Below are positions 42,473 to 51,909 of a stretch of 64,000 nt of DNA, in pieces. The stretch's first letter is position 1; each line of letters opens with the position of its first letter. This DNA comes from an uncultured delta proteobacterium. GTDB taxonomy: Bacteria; Desulfobacterota; Binatia; Binatales; Binataceae. The stretch covers positions 160,001-224,000 of the forward strand of contig CAVRVY010000002.1 of NCBI GenBank assembly GCA_963724765.1, in the 5' to 3' direction. The position numbers were made by a program, and so were the translations under genes. Below the pieces are notes generated by a model. It saw only the letters and a list, made by a program, of their open reading frames with translations. It was not told where the DNA came from and ran no database searches.

Positions 42473-43009
42473 TCAATTCCGGCCGCCAAGCAGCTCCAGT
42501 ATCCTTTCCACGTCGTCCGCCTTTTCCTTGAGCACCCGCAGCGAGTCTCTAAACTCGGTGCCGCTGTGTACCCGAATCTCGATCCGCAGTTCATCGCTGC
42601 CGAGGTCCTTCGGCAACGCCACGGCAACTGTGCGCGGCAGCTTGAGCGCGGCAACCTCGGCCTTCATCTGTTCAAGCGCACGGCCCAGGCGCGGAAACCG
42701 CATCGCGCGCAACTCGTCGACGAAGGCGCGCGCCCGCGCCGGCACGGGCCCAGCCCCTTCAAGTATCCGTTTGAGCGGCGCGCGGGCAAGCACGGCCGAA
42801 ACCTGTATTCCATCGACCAGCGCGATCTCTTCCAGCATCTCGAGCGCGCCCTGCAATTGCCCGATCCGCAGGCGCAGACGAGCGGCCGCGTCGAGCATCG
42901 CGGCCGCGCTGTATCCATCCAGCGCCAGCCATCGCTCGAGATGGGCGCGGTCGAGCTGGCGCGGTTCGGCCCACGCTCGCACCGTCTTACCGATATCGTC
43001 CTCGCTCAT
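42473..43009 (-). CDS. Hypothetical helical protein upstream of the SPL-like gene
   Basis: 178-aa ORF with good codon usage; motif LRAMRFPRL; co-oriented with the SPL-like gene, 31-nt gap. Confidence 0.75.
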   Translation of the reverse strand: MSEDDIGKTVRAWAEPRQLDRAHLERWLALDGYSAAAMLDAAARLRLRIGQLQGALEMLEEIALVDGIQVSAVLARAPLKRILEGAGPVPARARAFVDELRAMRFPRLGRALEQMKAEVAALKLPRTVAVALPKDLGSDELRIEIRVHSGTEFRDSLRVLKEKADDVERILELLGGRN

Positions 43010-43128
43010 TGATACCCCGCTTTATACGCCCCCGCGATCTCGATACAGAGATGAGGACGACACGGAACTAAAGACATCCCGGAGACCAGGAACCGGTTGC
43101 CGTCGCCGACACCAGCGCTGGAGGAAAC

Positions 43129-43569
43129 ATGGGGAAACGATTGATTATGCCGGGGGCAGTGCTCGTTCTGCTCCTCAATGTCGTCAATATCGTGGCCGCT
43201 CACGCGGGAGATTCGAATAGGTCCGCAGTCAGCCAGGCAACCAAGGCGGCTGACGCATGGCTGAAACTCGTCGACGATGGTGATTACAAGCAAAGCTGGG
43301 AACAGGCCAGCAGCCTTTTGAAAAATGCTATCACAGATGATCAATGGGAGCAGCGGGTGACCGCTGTACGCGAGCCGATAGGTAAGGTTGTCTCGAGAAA
43401 GCTCGAGGCCGCTCACTACTCGACCAGTCTGCCCGGAGCCCCGGACGGAAAATACGTAGTCCTGAAGTACGCCAGCTCCTTCGAGCACAAGAAGTCCGCA
43501 ATGGAAACAGTGACCCCGATGCTGGACCAGGACGGCGAGTGGCACGTGTCCGGATATTACATCAAGTAA
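43129..43569 (+). CDS. DUF4019 family secreted protein
   Basis: Signal peptide; WLKLVDDGDYKQSW, LPGAPDGKY, WHVSGYYIK. GGAGG RBS. Confidence 0.9.
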   Translation: MGKRLIMPGAVLVLLLNVVNIVAAHAGDSNRSAVSQATKAADAWLKLVDDGDYKQSWEQASSLLKNAITDDQWEQRVTAVREPIGKVVSRKLEAAHYSTSLPGAPDGKYVVLKYASSFEHKKSAMETVTPMLDQDGEWHVSGYYIK

Positions 43570-44536
43570 GCGCATGCGGGTCCGCAGCCGGCTGCGTCCC
43601 CGAAGCGACCGAAGCCGCTGATGTTTCCCAACGCTTGAGTATCGCGCGCATTCGCGCGCACGCGGCCTCAAGCGCCGCGTCAGGCGCGCCGGACCATCGT
43701 TGCAGCGCCGATCGCGCTGTCTCGGCGAAAAAGGCGGCGGCGTCGTGACGACCACGGCGCGCCAGCCCCTTGCCATAGACGAGACATTTCCCGGCCATCG
43801 TTTCCGCCACCGCAACGCGACGGGCGGCGCCGAGCGAGGCGTCTGTGAGCAGCTTCGCCAATGCGAGGATGCGGAAGCGATCGAGCGCCGGGACAGTCGC
43901 CGAGAGCTGTCCGGGATGGCCCGCGCGACGAACCGTCAGCGGTTCGTCGAGCAGGCCGGCCTCGTGGCGGGCCAGGACGCGAAGCCACAGGTCGTAGTCC
44001 TCGCACGCCGCCATATCCTCGTCGAAACCGCCGACCTCGTCGAGCAATTCGCGTCTCAGGATTGCCGCCGACGGACTGATGAGGCAGGTGCGGAGCGAGT
44101 CGATGAAGATATCGCCGGAGCGTTTGCGATGGCGCCGGCCCGGATTGACGCGCCTGCCGTCGCGCATCCATGTCTCGCTGGTCTGCGAGATCGGGCAATC
44201 GGGATTGTTGCGCATGAAGAGGCTCTGGCGCGCGAGCTTTTCGGGCATCCACAGATCATCGGAATCGAGGAATGCGATCAAAGCGCCGCGCGCCACCGCG
44301 ATACCGCGATTGCGGGCCGCCGCTGGCCCATGCCGCTCGGTTCTCAGGGCGCGTAGATCGTTGCGCCCGGCAGACAGTTCGTCCCAGGTGCCGTCGGTCG
44401 AACCGTCGTCGACGACAATTACCTCGAAAGTCGTGTCAAAGTCTTCGCCGCGCTGCGCCGCGACCGAGGACAGCGCCTCGCGTAGCATCGCGCGCCGGTT
44501 GTAGGTTGGAATGATTACACTTATCCCGGGCGTCAT
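43562..44536 (-). CDS. Glycosyltransferase family 2
   Basis: SVIIPTYNR, FLDSDDLW, RVNPGRRHRK, CLISPS, CEDYDLW. Start overlaps the engB stop. Confidence 0.92.
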   Translation of the reverse strand: MTPGISVIIPTYNRRAMLREALSSVAAQRGEDFDTTFEVIVVDDGSTDGTWDELSAGRNDLRALRTERHGPAAARNRGIAVARGALIAFLDSDDLWMPEKLARQSLFMRNNPDCPISQTSETWMRDGRRVNPGRRHRKRSGDIFIDSLRTCLISPSAAILRRELLDEVGGFDEDMAACEDYDLWLRVLARHEAGLLDEPLTVRRAGHPGQLSATVPALDRFRILALAKLLTDASLGAARRVAVAETMAGKCLVYGKGLARRGRHDAAAFFAETARSALQRWSGAPDAALEAACARMRAILKRWETSAASVASGTQPAADPHALT

Positions 44537-45147
44537 CGCGAGAGGAGGTCCGCCGCGCGATCGTCATCGGGAAGCTTGGCCGCGCGCGCGCAGCCGACTA
44601 TCCGCCGGCGCAGGTCGTCGATTCCCTCGCCGTCAAGCGTTGAGCACAGGATCGGTTCGACGCCGAGCGGCGTGAAACGCGCGAGCGCTGCGGCGCGTTC
44701 GGAGCGGCGAAGCTTATCGCATTTGGTCGCCACGGCGATGAGTTTTACTCCACGGCTGGCAGCGAGAGTTGCCAGGTCGCATTCCTCGCGCTCGGGCCCG
44801 CGCCGCGCGTCGACCAGCAACACGAGCCCAACCAGGTGTTCGCTCTGGCCGAGATAGTTGTTCATCATCGCTGCGATGCGTGCGGCCTCGGTCCGCGCCA
44901 TTTTGGCGAAGCCATAGCCTGGCAGATCGACGATCGCGAGATCGTCACCGACCGCGAAAAAATTGAGCGAGCGCGTGCGGCCAGGCGTACGCGAGGTGCG
45001 CGCGAGGTTCTTCGACGCCGCCAGTGCGTTAAGCATCGAACTCTTGCCGACGTTGGAGCGCCCGGCGAGCGCGACCTCGACGCGGTCCCATCGCGGATAG
45101 CCCTCCGGCGCAAAAGCCGAGGTCACGAATTTCGCATCGAGCCGCAT
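44533..45147 (-). CDS. engB: Ribosome biogenesis GTPase YihA/YsxC
   Basis: GRSNVGKSS, TSRTPGRT, DLPGYG, TKCDK. Confidence 0.96.
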   Translation of the reverse strand: MRLDAKFVTSAFAPEGYPRWDRVEVALAGRSNVGKSSMLNALAASKNLARTSRTPGRTRSLNFFAVGDDLAIVDLPGYGFAKMARTEAARIAAMMNNYLGQSEHLVGLVLLVDARRGPEREECDLATLAASRGVKLIAVATKCDKLRRSERAAALARFTPLGVEPILCSTLDGEGIDDLRRRIVGCARAAKLPDDDRAADLLSR

Positions 45148-45207
45148 CGTGAGAGCTTAGCCGCAGTTGCGCGCCATCGCCACGCAGCAATGTGGCCCGC
45201 GGCGCGC

Positions 45208-45759
45208 CTAGCGAGCGAAGGTGCCGACGAGCTCGCCGGTGGCCTTGACGTGTCCCCGGACGGCCTCCTCGACCTGCGCCGCAGTGGCGCCCGGCTTGAG
45301 GTCGAGCGCCGTATCCAGCGCGGTCAGCTCGAAGTGATAGTGATGCGGCGCGCTGCCCGGCGGCGGGCAGGGACCCTTATAACCTATCTTGCCCAAGCCA
45401 TTGGCGCCCTGGAGACCTCCGTTGGCGAGCTTCTCGGTGGCAGGCACTTTGGCGTCCAACCCGCCCAGGCTGGCCGGCAGGTTATAGACGACCCAGTGGA
45501 TGAATGTCCCGTGTGGGGCGTCAGGATCCTTGACGATCAGTACGAGCGTCGTGGCATCGCTGGGAACGCCCTTCCAGGCGAGCGGCGGTGACTCTACATT
45601 GGGGCTTTTGCAGCTGTAGCCGACCGGTATCGCCGATCCCGCCGTAAAAGCTGAACTCGTGACGCTCAATTTTGGGGTATTTTGCGCGGCGGCAGGACAG
45701 GTAAGGGCCATCAAGACGAGCACCATAAATATCATGAATGGCTTGACATGAACCACCAT
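45208..45759 (-). CDS. YbhB/YbcL (PEBP/RKIP-like) protein
   Basis: SPPLAW, DPDAP, HWVVYN, GPCPPPG, HHYHF; signal peptide. Confidence 0.93.
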   Translation of the reverse strand: MVVHVKPFMIFMVLVLMALTCPAAAQNTPKLSVTSSAFTAGSAIPVGYSCKSPNVESPPLAWKGVPSDATTLVLIVKDPDAPHGTFIHWVVYNLPASLGGLDAKVPATEKLANGGLQGANGLGKIGYKGPCPPPGSAPHHYHFELTALDTALDLKPGATAAQVEEAVRGHVKATGELVGTFAR

Positions 45760-46043
45760 ATAGTGGCCTCCTAATGAAGAGTCATGCCTCGTAAGGCGCT
45801 CTATACGCGCGATGCATCTGTTTGCGGATAATAATCCGTCAGGAAGTGACGTGTACAGCGGCAACTGTGGACAATGTGGTCGATAGCCCTTGTGTGGCCT
45901 CTTGACCCGCGCAAACGGTTTTGCGAATGTTGCTTGCAGTCAAGACGGGTTTAAGGTAACATCCGACACAGCAGGATATTAAAAGCCTAGTGGTTCTCGA
46001 CCGTAAGGGGGCGGTGTCGGGAATGCGCAGGCGTGGAGAGAAA

Positions 46044-46271
46044 ATGGCGACAGAAGCAAAATACAATCTGCCCCGCGTGATGACCGTGAAGGAGCTTTCC
46101 GCCTATCTTCGCGTGCATCCATCAACCATCTACAAGCTGCTGCGACGCGGCGAGCTTCCGGGCTTCCGCATCGGCACCGACTGGCGCTTCAACGCCGAGG
46201 TTATCGACCGCTGGTGCCTCGAGCGCAACATGAAGCCCAGCGAAATCGCCGAGAGCCTTCGCGGCAATTAG
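46044..46271 (+). CDS. Excisionase-like HTH_17 DNA-binding protein
   Basis: VMTVKELSAYLRVHPSTIYKL..GELPGFRIGTDWRF. Confidence 0.9.
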   Translation: MATEAKYNLPRVMTVKELSAYLRVHPSTIYKLLRRGELPGFRIGTDWRFNAEVIDRWCLERNMKPSEIAESLRGN

Positions 46272-46437
46272 CCTTCAGTCCGCATGGCCAGCCGGCGCGA
46301 GCAGCGTCGGCTGGCTGTGAAGGACACTCAGGTCGGGGAAAGAGCCCTTTAGGCGAAGGGGTTGTACCCTCTTCGCTTCAATTCCATAGGCTCTTTCAGC
46401 TCTCTATACGTATCCCCTACAAGGCGGAACGGCGCAG

Positions 46438-47211
46438 TCAGCGCTGCGTTCGTGGCAAGCCTGGTACCTCCACAAGACGCACCTCCGAAGGCCTGACTTC
46501 GAGCGCGCGCCCGAAAAGCGCGTCATCGCGAATCAGGCGCACAACTCCGTCTGCTATTTGCTCGGGTTTGAGAATCCGCCTGGGTAGGCTCACTTCGCGC
46601 CCGCCACCCTGCTGGATTTCGACCGCTTTCCTCACCAACGGCGTATCCACCACGCCGGGGCAGATACAATTGACGCGGACCTTGAAACGCTGAGCCCACG
46701 GAGCCAGCGAATAGGTCAGGTTCACGACTCCCGCCTTGGCGGCGGCATAGACGGGATCGTCCACGTACGGGTAGAGCCCCGCCATCGAGGCCGTGTTGAC
46801 GATCGCGCCGCCACCGCCGCGCTGCATCATCGGCCCCGCCAGAAAGCATCCGAGGATGACCGCCTGCAAATCGACATCGAGCACGCTCCGCCACCTATCG
46901 AGGTCGCATTGCGGAAAGGCCGGAGTTCCGACCGCGATGCCCGCGTTGTTGTGCAGGATGTCGAAGCGGCCGAAGGCCGATAGCGCGGTCTCCATCATGT
47001 GCCGTGCCTGTTCGGTGTCGGTAACATCGACGCGTAGCGCGGCGGCGCGTCCGCCGGCGCCTTCGATCAGCCGAACCGTCTCGCGCGCTCCGGCTTCATC
47101 AAGGTCTGCCGCCAGTACGGCTGCGCCCTCGGCCGCCAGACGCACTGCGGTCGCGCGGCCGATTCCCGATCCGCCGCCGGTAACAACGGCAGCTTTACCT
47201 TTGATTTCCAT
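46438..47211 (-). CDS. SDR family oxidoreductase
   Basis: TGGGSGIG, NNAG, YAAAK, CPGVVDT. Confidence 0.94.
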   Translation of the reverse strand: MEIKGKAAVVTGGGSGIGRATAVRLAAEGAAVLAADLDEAGARETVRLIEGAGGRAAALRVDVTDTEQARHMMETALSAFGRFDILHNNAGIAVGTPAFPQCDLDRWRSVLDVDLQAVILGCFLAGPMMQRGGGGAIVNTASMAGLYPYVDDPVYAAAKAGVVNLTYSLAPWAQRFKVRVNCICPGVVDTPLVRKAVEIQQGGGREVSLPRRILKPEQIADGVVRLIRDDALFGRALEVRPSEVRLVEVPGLPRTQR

Positions 47212-47267
47212 ATCTATGCAGTTCTCCACATTTTGCGCATCGAGGCCAGCCGTTTCTTGCTCAGGAT

Positions 47268-48113
47268 TCAGATGGTCGGAAGCCCGCGATGACGGCGGGG
47301 CGGAAAAGCTTCATCGATAAGATCGAGCTCGTGCCTGGTCAGCTTTAGGTCTCCTGCTCCGGCATTCTCGGCGGCATGCGCAGGACTTGAGGCTTTGGGG
47401 ATCGTAAAGAGCGAGGGACGCCGCACCAGGAAGCGAAGTGCAACCTGGCGGGGAGTTGCGTCGTGCGCTGCGGCGATTTTTTTCAGCACGCTGCCTGCGA
47501 TGGTTCCCGGGCCGAAGAAAGAGGCCGAATTACCGAACGGGGTATAGCCAACGACGGCGACGCGGTGCTGCTCGCACCAGGGGATCACGGCGTGCTCGAT
47601 CGCCCGCTCTTTCAGATGGTAGAGGACCTGATTGCACGCGAGGCCGCCTTCGCCGGCGATGCGGACGGTCTCCTCGAGGTCGGTCACGTCGAAATTGCTT
47701 ACGCCCCAGGAGCGGATTTTTCCGTCGCGCTGGAGCCGCTCGAAGCCCGCGATCGTCTCCTCCAGCGGATGTGAACCGCGCCAATGCAGCAGGTAGCAGT
47801 CCAGCCAGCCAGTCTTCAGCCGCGCGAGCGATTTCTCGCAAGCCGCGACCGTGCCGCTTCGCGAGGCGTGCTGGGGCAATATCTTGGAAACCAGGAAGAC
47901 TTCATCGCGTCTGCCGACAATGGCTTCAGCGACCACTTCCTCGGCTTTGCCTGAGCCATACGTTTCGGCGGTGTCGATATGGGTCATGCCGAGGTCGAGG
48001 CCCCGGCGCAAAGCAGCAATCGCGGAGCGGCGATCGGCGGTTTCGATATGCCAGGTTCCCTGGCCGATCGCAGCTACCTGGCGCTTGATGGAACCGAACG
48101 GATGGCGCTCCAT
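47268..48113 (-). CDS. Aldo/keto reductase
   Basis: GQGTW, IDTAETYG, YLLHW, GVSNF, IPKAS. Confidence 0.95.
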   Translation of the reverse strand: MERHPFGSIKRQVAAIGQGTWHIETADRRSAIAALRRGLDLGMTHIDTAETYGSGKAEEVVAEAIVGRRDEVFLVSKILPQHASRSGTVAACEKSLARLKTGWLDCYLLHWRGSHPLEETIAGFERLQRDGKIRSWGVSNFDVTDLEETVRIAGEGGLACNQVLYHLKERAIEHAVIPWCEQHRVAVVGYTPFGNSASFFGPGTIAGSVLKKIAAAHDATPRQVALRFLVRRPSLFTIPKASSPAHAAENAGAGDLKLTRHELDLIDEAFPPRRHRGLPTI

Positions 48114-48160
48114 AACTGTCTTCCGCGATTCGTACGGGCCGTGCGGATTCAGCGATTCCT

Positions 48161-48688
48161 TTACATTGCTTCTTCGATCGCGGCCAGCAACGTGGCCAGA
48201 TCGTAACTGCCGTCGTGGCGCATACCGTTGATGAAGAAGGTGGGCGTGCCGTTGACTCCACTGCGTACTCCGCTGGTGAAATCCTCGCGGATGCGTGCCG
48301 CGTGTCGATGATCGGCCATATCATCGCCGAAGCGCGCCACATCAAGACCGAGTTCGGCGGCATATCCGACCAAATCCTCGTCGTCGAGAGCGTCCTGGTG
48401 TTCGTATAGCGTATCGTGCATCTGCCAGAACATCTCCTGCGTGCCGGCCGCCTCCGCTGCTTCCGCCGCGGGCGCGGCGTGCGGATGCGCATTAGTCATT
48501 GGGAAATGACGAAAGACGTATCGCAAGCGCTTTCCCAGTCGTTTCTGAATTGCCTTTACGATAGGGAATGCCTGTCCACAATACGGACATTCGTAGTCGC
48601 CATATTCGACCAGCGTGACGCTGGCAGTGTCCGGTCCCTGGATGTGATCATGATGGCTGACCTGGGGGGGGGTGAGTTTGCCTGCCAT
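48161..48688 (-). CDS. DsbA-like thioredoxin-fold protein, no signal peptide
   Basis: YGDYECPYCG, FRHFP, GVNGTPTFF. Confidence 0.92.
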   Translation of the reverse strand: MAGKLTPPQVSHHDHIQGPDTASVTLVEYGDYECPYCGQAFPIVKAIQKRLGKRLRYVFRHFPMTNAHPHAAPAAEAAEAAGTQEMFWQMHDTLYEHQDALDDEDLVGYAAELGLDVARFGDDMADHRHAARIREDFTSGVRSGVNGTPTFFINGMRHDGSYDLATLLAAIEEAM

Positions 48689-48691
48689 CTG

Positions 48692-49192
48692 TCACCCGCC
48701 TGCTTTTGCAGCGAGGTCTTCCAGGGCCGCCAGGATTCCGTCGGCGCCCGGATTGACGCCGATCGGAGAGAGATAGCTCCATCGAATCGTGCCCTCGGAA
48801 TCGATCACGAACAGTGCTCGCTCGCAGACGCCGTCTTGTGGCCGATAGGCGCCGTAGGTGTGGGCGACGGCTCCTTTGGGCTCGAAATCAGCGAGCAGCG
48901 GAAAGTGCAGCTTGCGGTCCCTGGCGAAGGCGCTGTGGCACCACGCGCCATCGACCGAAATACCCAGTAAGTTGGCGTTGAAGCGGCGAAACTCGGGCAG
49001 AATCTCATTGTACAGCGCCATCTGATCTCCGCACACCGGACTCCAGTCGGCCGGGTAGAACGCGAGGATGAGCGGAGCGCCGCGCAAATCAGCCAATGTG
49101 ACGAATTGGTCGGGTGTGCTGCGCAGCTTGAAGTCGGGTGCCGGTGTGCCTGCCTCGAGCACGGTTTTTTGCCTGGTCGTTCCTGCGCTCAT
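48692..49192 (-). CDS. Peroxiredoxin (AhpC/TSA, AhpE-like)
   Basis: APDF, FYPADWSPVC, GISVD, ERALFVID. Confidence 0.9.
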   Translation of the reverse strand: MSAGTTRQKTVLEAGTPAPDFKLRSTPDQFVTLADLRGAPLILAFYPADWSPVCGDQMALYNEILPEFRRFNANLLGISVDGAWCHSAFARDRKLHFPLLADFEPKGAVAHTYGAYRPQDGVCERALFVIDSEGTIRWSYLSPIGVNPGADGILAALEDLAAKAGG

Positions 49193-49307
49193 AGTAGAAC
49201 CCTCCTCGTTTGTACGCTTGCGCTGGATGGCCCGTACTTGCCGGAACAAAGAACTTTCCGCCGCGCTAACGAAGCGACCGATTACGCCGTGCAATAAAAA
49301 GGTCAGG

Positions 49308-49565
49308 TCAGGCGCCGGGCTTTTCAGCGTCGTGCGCGTGACCGATAGCCTGACGCAGCCGGCGGTCCAGCTTGGCGCAGTTCAGGATGATCTTTTCGAA
49401 ATGCACCGATTCGACGGCGTCGATCGGGACGGCAAATTCGCCCGCATTCTCGACGTAGATCACCAGCTCCGGCCGGCCGTTGGGCGCCACCGCGCGGACT
49501 GCCCCGAACTCCTCGCCGCCGTCGGAGATAAACGTCTGGAATCCGACTTTGATCTTTTCGTTCAT
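49308..49565 (-). CDS. Small hypothetical protein (PRC-barrel-like pattern)
   Basis: 85 aa; DGGEEFGAV...VPIDAV; natural codon usage. Confidence 0.7.
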   Translation of the reverse strand: MNEKIKVGFQTFISDGGEEFGAVRAVAPNGRPELVIYVENAGEFAVPIDAVESVHFEKIILNCAKLDRRLRQAIGHAHDAEKPGA

Positions 49566-49715
49566 GGCGCGATTTCCATTATTGGAGGGTCATGTTTTTG
49601 ATTGATAATTCAGACTGACTCCAACCGCAAGCGTATTGCAAACCGAAGCTCCCGCGCCGAGTATATCCGCCGCCGTTCACGGTAAAGGGTAGAGCGGCCC
49701 CAGGCGCACCGGCGT

Positions 49716-50552
49716 TCAGTGCGGAGTCCACAGGGGTACGGCGTCGAATAACCGATCGACAATACCTATCTGGTAAGCGAGGAACAGTCCGAAGCAGAAA
49801 CTGAGCAGTCCTGAGCCGATAACCAGTCGCTGATGCAGTGAAGACGTCCGTTTGGACGCTACGATCAGCGGCGTGGCGATCGCGGTCGTGATCAACCCCA
49901 TACCGATGATCGTCCCGACGCAGAAAATCGCCAGGTAAAGCGTCGCCCATAGCGGCTCGGGGATCGCGCTCAGGACCAGCAACGCGATCGCCGCGCTGCC
50001 CGCGAGTCCGTGGACCAGCCCGACGCCAAAGGATTTCAGCAACCGCTTGCGCGCGGCGAACAACGGCAATGTGCCGGGCGCCAGGCTGTGTTCGCGATGC
50101 TCGATGACGCCAGATGGCTCGTGCGGATGCCGATGAACGTGCGGATGGCGATGCGGCGCGCCTTCGTGAGTGTGAACGTGCGAGTGGACGAGGAGGTTCT
50201 CCTTCTCCGATGGCGGATTTCCGAAAAGACGCGACGCGATTCGGCGCAGGAGGGCCCCGACCGAGCCGAGGCCAAGCAGGATCAGCACAATCGCGACCGC
50301 GAATTCCATCGCGAGCCCCAGCCGGGCCGAGACGGCAAGTTTGAAAATGATGATCGCGGCGCCGACCGCGAGCACGGTCACCGTATGCCCGAGACCCCAT
50401 ACCACGCCGATACGCATGGCAGCGGCGAGACGGCGCTCGCGACTCAGGATCGCGGTCACCGCGATTACGTGATCGGGGTCGGTCGCGTGGCGCATCCCGA
50501 GCAGCAGTCCGAGGACTGCGATTCCAAGTGGTGCGGAACTTCCAGGATCCAT
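49716..50552 (-). CDS. Nickel/cobalt transporter (NiCoT/UreH-like)
   Basis: GMRHATDPDH, WGLGH, His-rich loop HSHVHTH...HRHPHVHRHPH, GLVHGLAGSAA. Confidence 0.92.
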   Translation of the reverse strand: MDPGSSAPLGIAVLGLLLGMRHATDPDHVIAVTAILSRERRLAAAMRIGVVWGLGHTVTVLAVGAAIIIFKLAVSARLGLAMEFAVAIVLILLGLGSVGALLRRIASRLFGNPPSEKENLLVHSHVHTHEGAPHRHPHVHRHPHEPSGVIEHREHSLAPGTLPLFAARKRLLKSFGVGLVHGLAGSAAIALLVLSAIPEPLWATLYLAIFCVGTIIGMGLITTAIATPLIVASKRTSSLHQRLVIGSGLLSFCFGLFLAYQIGIVDRLFDAVPLWTPH

Positions 50553-50616
50553 CGCGTAATCAAGTATCACAGAGGAGGAGGCAAACGGCAGGCCGGCTGC
50601 GCCAGCATAATCTAGA

Positions 50617-50650
50617 CGGCGGCGCCGGCATAGTGAAGCCGGCGCCGCCG
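50617..50650. terminator. 13-bp GC hairpin downstream of the LLM gene
   Basis: cggcggcgccggc-atagtgaa-gccggcgccgccg; no clear U-tract. Confidence 0.5.
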
Positions 50651-50671
50651 GCGTGCTTACGGATCTGAGAA

Positions 50672-51754
50672 TTAGCGAAAGGCGGGGAAGACCTTCTGCG
50701 CGAAATCGGTCCAGACCGCCCTTTGCTCATCGGCGGCTGGCAGCAAGTTCAATTCCTTGATGCCGTCTTTCTCCAGTTGCCGGAGCTGCGTGACCAGCTC
50801 GTCAGGCGTGCCCACCAGGCAGGTCTGGCGAATCGCCTCGGGCGTGACGAAGTCGCGCTCCTCGGGTTGCATGAAGGTGCAATGGCCGTTGTGAATCTGG
50901 CGGAAGCGCGACTGCTCGGGCAGGCTGTAGCCGGCGACCCGCTTGAGGTATCGCTCCCAGACATTGGCGAAGTGGGGCGGAATCAGTTCGTCCCGCTCGC
51001 CTTCCTTCTTCCAGATTTCGTAAAAGAAATGCAACTCGCAGGTCACCCACGATCCAGTCTGATTAATGACCCGTTCGTCGGTCAATTTTTCTCCCGGCCG
51101 CAGCACGCAGCCCGCCGTCAATATCGAGGTGTGGAAGTCGGGACCGACCTGACGGCCGACCGCCTTGGCCCCGGCCTTTATATGCTGCATGCGCCCTTCA
51201 ATTTCATGGGCGGTGCGGCCGATCGTGATCCAGCCGTCGCCGTAGGCGCCCGTCGCTTCGCAGGCTTTGGGTCCGTTGGCGGCCACGTAGATGGGGATGG
51301 GCTTGTCGAGATTGATGTAGTGGCGGTCGCGATGGAGAAACTCAATCTCGCGAGTGATTCCCTGATACGTGTAGTTTACTGCCTTGCCCTGGAGCAGTTC
51401 GCGCACGACCCGCAGGTACTCGCGGAACTGCTTGACCGGCATCGGATCCTGCCCCATCACGCGCATCGCGGTGTGGCCCGTGCCGATGCCGAGAAACACC
51501 CTGCCGGGCGCAATCTCGTTGATACTGGCGATCGAATGGGCGGTGACCGGCGCGATCCGGGTGCCGGGAATGGCCACCCCGGTGCCGATTTTGATCCGCT
51601 TCGTATTGGCCGCGGCCAGGGCCAGCGTGGCGTAACAGTCCGACCAGATCATTTGCGAATCAGGAACCCACGCCCGATCGTAGCCGAGTTCCTCGGCCAG
51701 ACGAATGACGTCCCATTTGCCGACGTGCGTATCTACTGTAATTCCGAACTCCAT
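50672..51754 (-). CDS. LLM class flavin-dependent oxidoreductase (Mer-like)
   Basis: AEELGYDRAWVPDS, IKIGTGV, PGRVFLGIGTG, PIYVAANGPK. AGGAGG RBS. Confidence 0.92.
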   Translation of the reverse strand: MEFGITVDTHVGKWDVIRLAEELGYDRAWVPDSQMIWSDCYATLALAAANTKRIKIGTGVAIPGTRIAPVTAHSIASINEIAPGRVFLGIGTGHTAMRVMGQDPMPVKQFREYLRVVRELLQGKAVNYTYQGITREIEFLHRDRHYINLDKPIPIYVAANGPKACEATGAYGDGWITIGRTAHEIEGRMQHIKAGAKAVGRQVGPDFHTSILTAGCVLRPGEKLTDERVINQTGSWVTCELHFFYEIWKKEGERDELIPPHFANVWERYLKRVAGYSLPEQSRFRQIHNGHCTFMQPEERDFVTPEAIRQTCLVGTPDELVTQLRQLEKDGIKELNLLPAADEQRAVWTDFAQKVFPAFR

Positions 51755-51909
51755 GGCTCCTCCTTGTCGCTTCCCCCTGGTTTGAATCTGTCTAACTCTA
51801 AGTGTTGGGCGCGGTTCGGCAGTGGCGGATGAGCCGAGCGAGACGCCGTCCCGGCAATCGGCCTCCACTTGTTTCAAAAAATTATCGTGGCTGCAAATCG
51901 AGGACCGAG

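Noticed and set aside
45780-46000. Replication origin
   Set aside because: Only two DnaA-box-like 9-mers, no clear unwinding element and no dnaA/dnaN/gidA context
46044-46271. Prophage or ICE marked by an excisionase
   Set aside because: No integrase, att repeats, phage or conjugation genes in the window
50553-50671. NiCo or cobalamin riboswitch upstream of the Ni/Co transporter
   Set aside because: Region is short and mostly one hairpin; no conserved riboswitch motifs recognisable by eye (an Rfam scan would be decisive)
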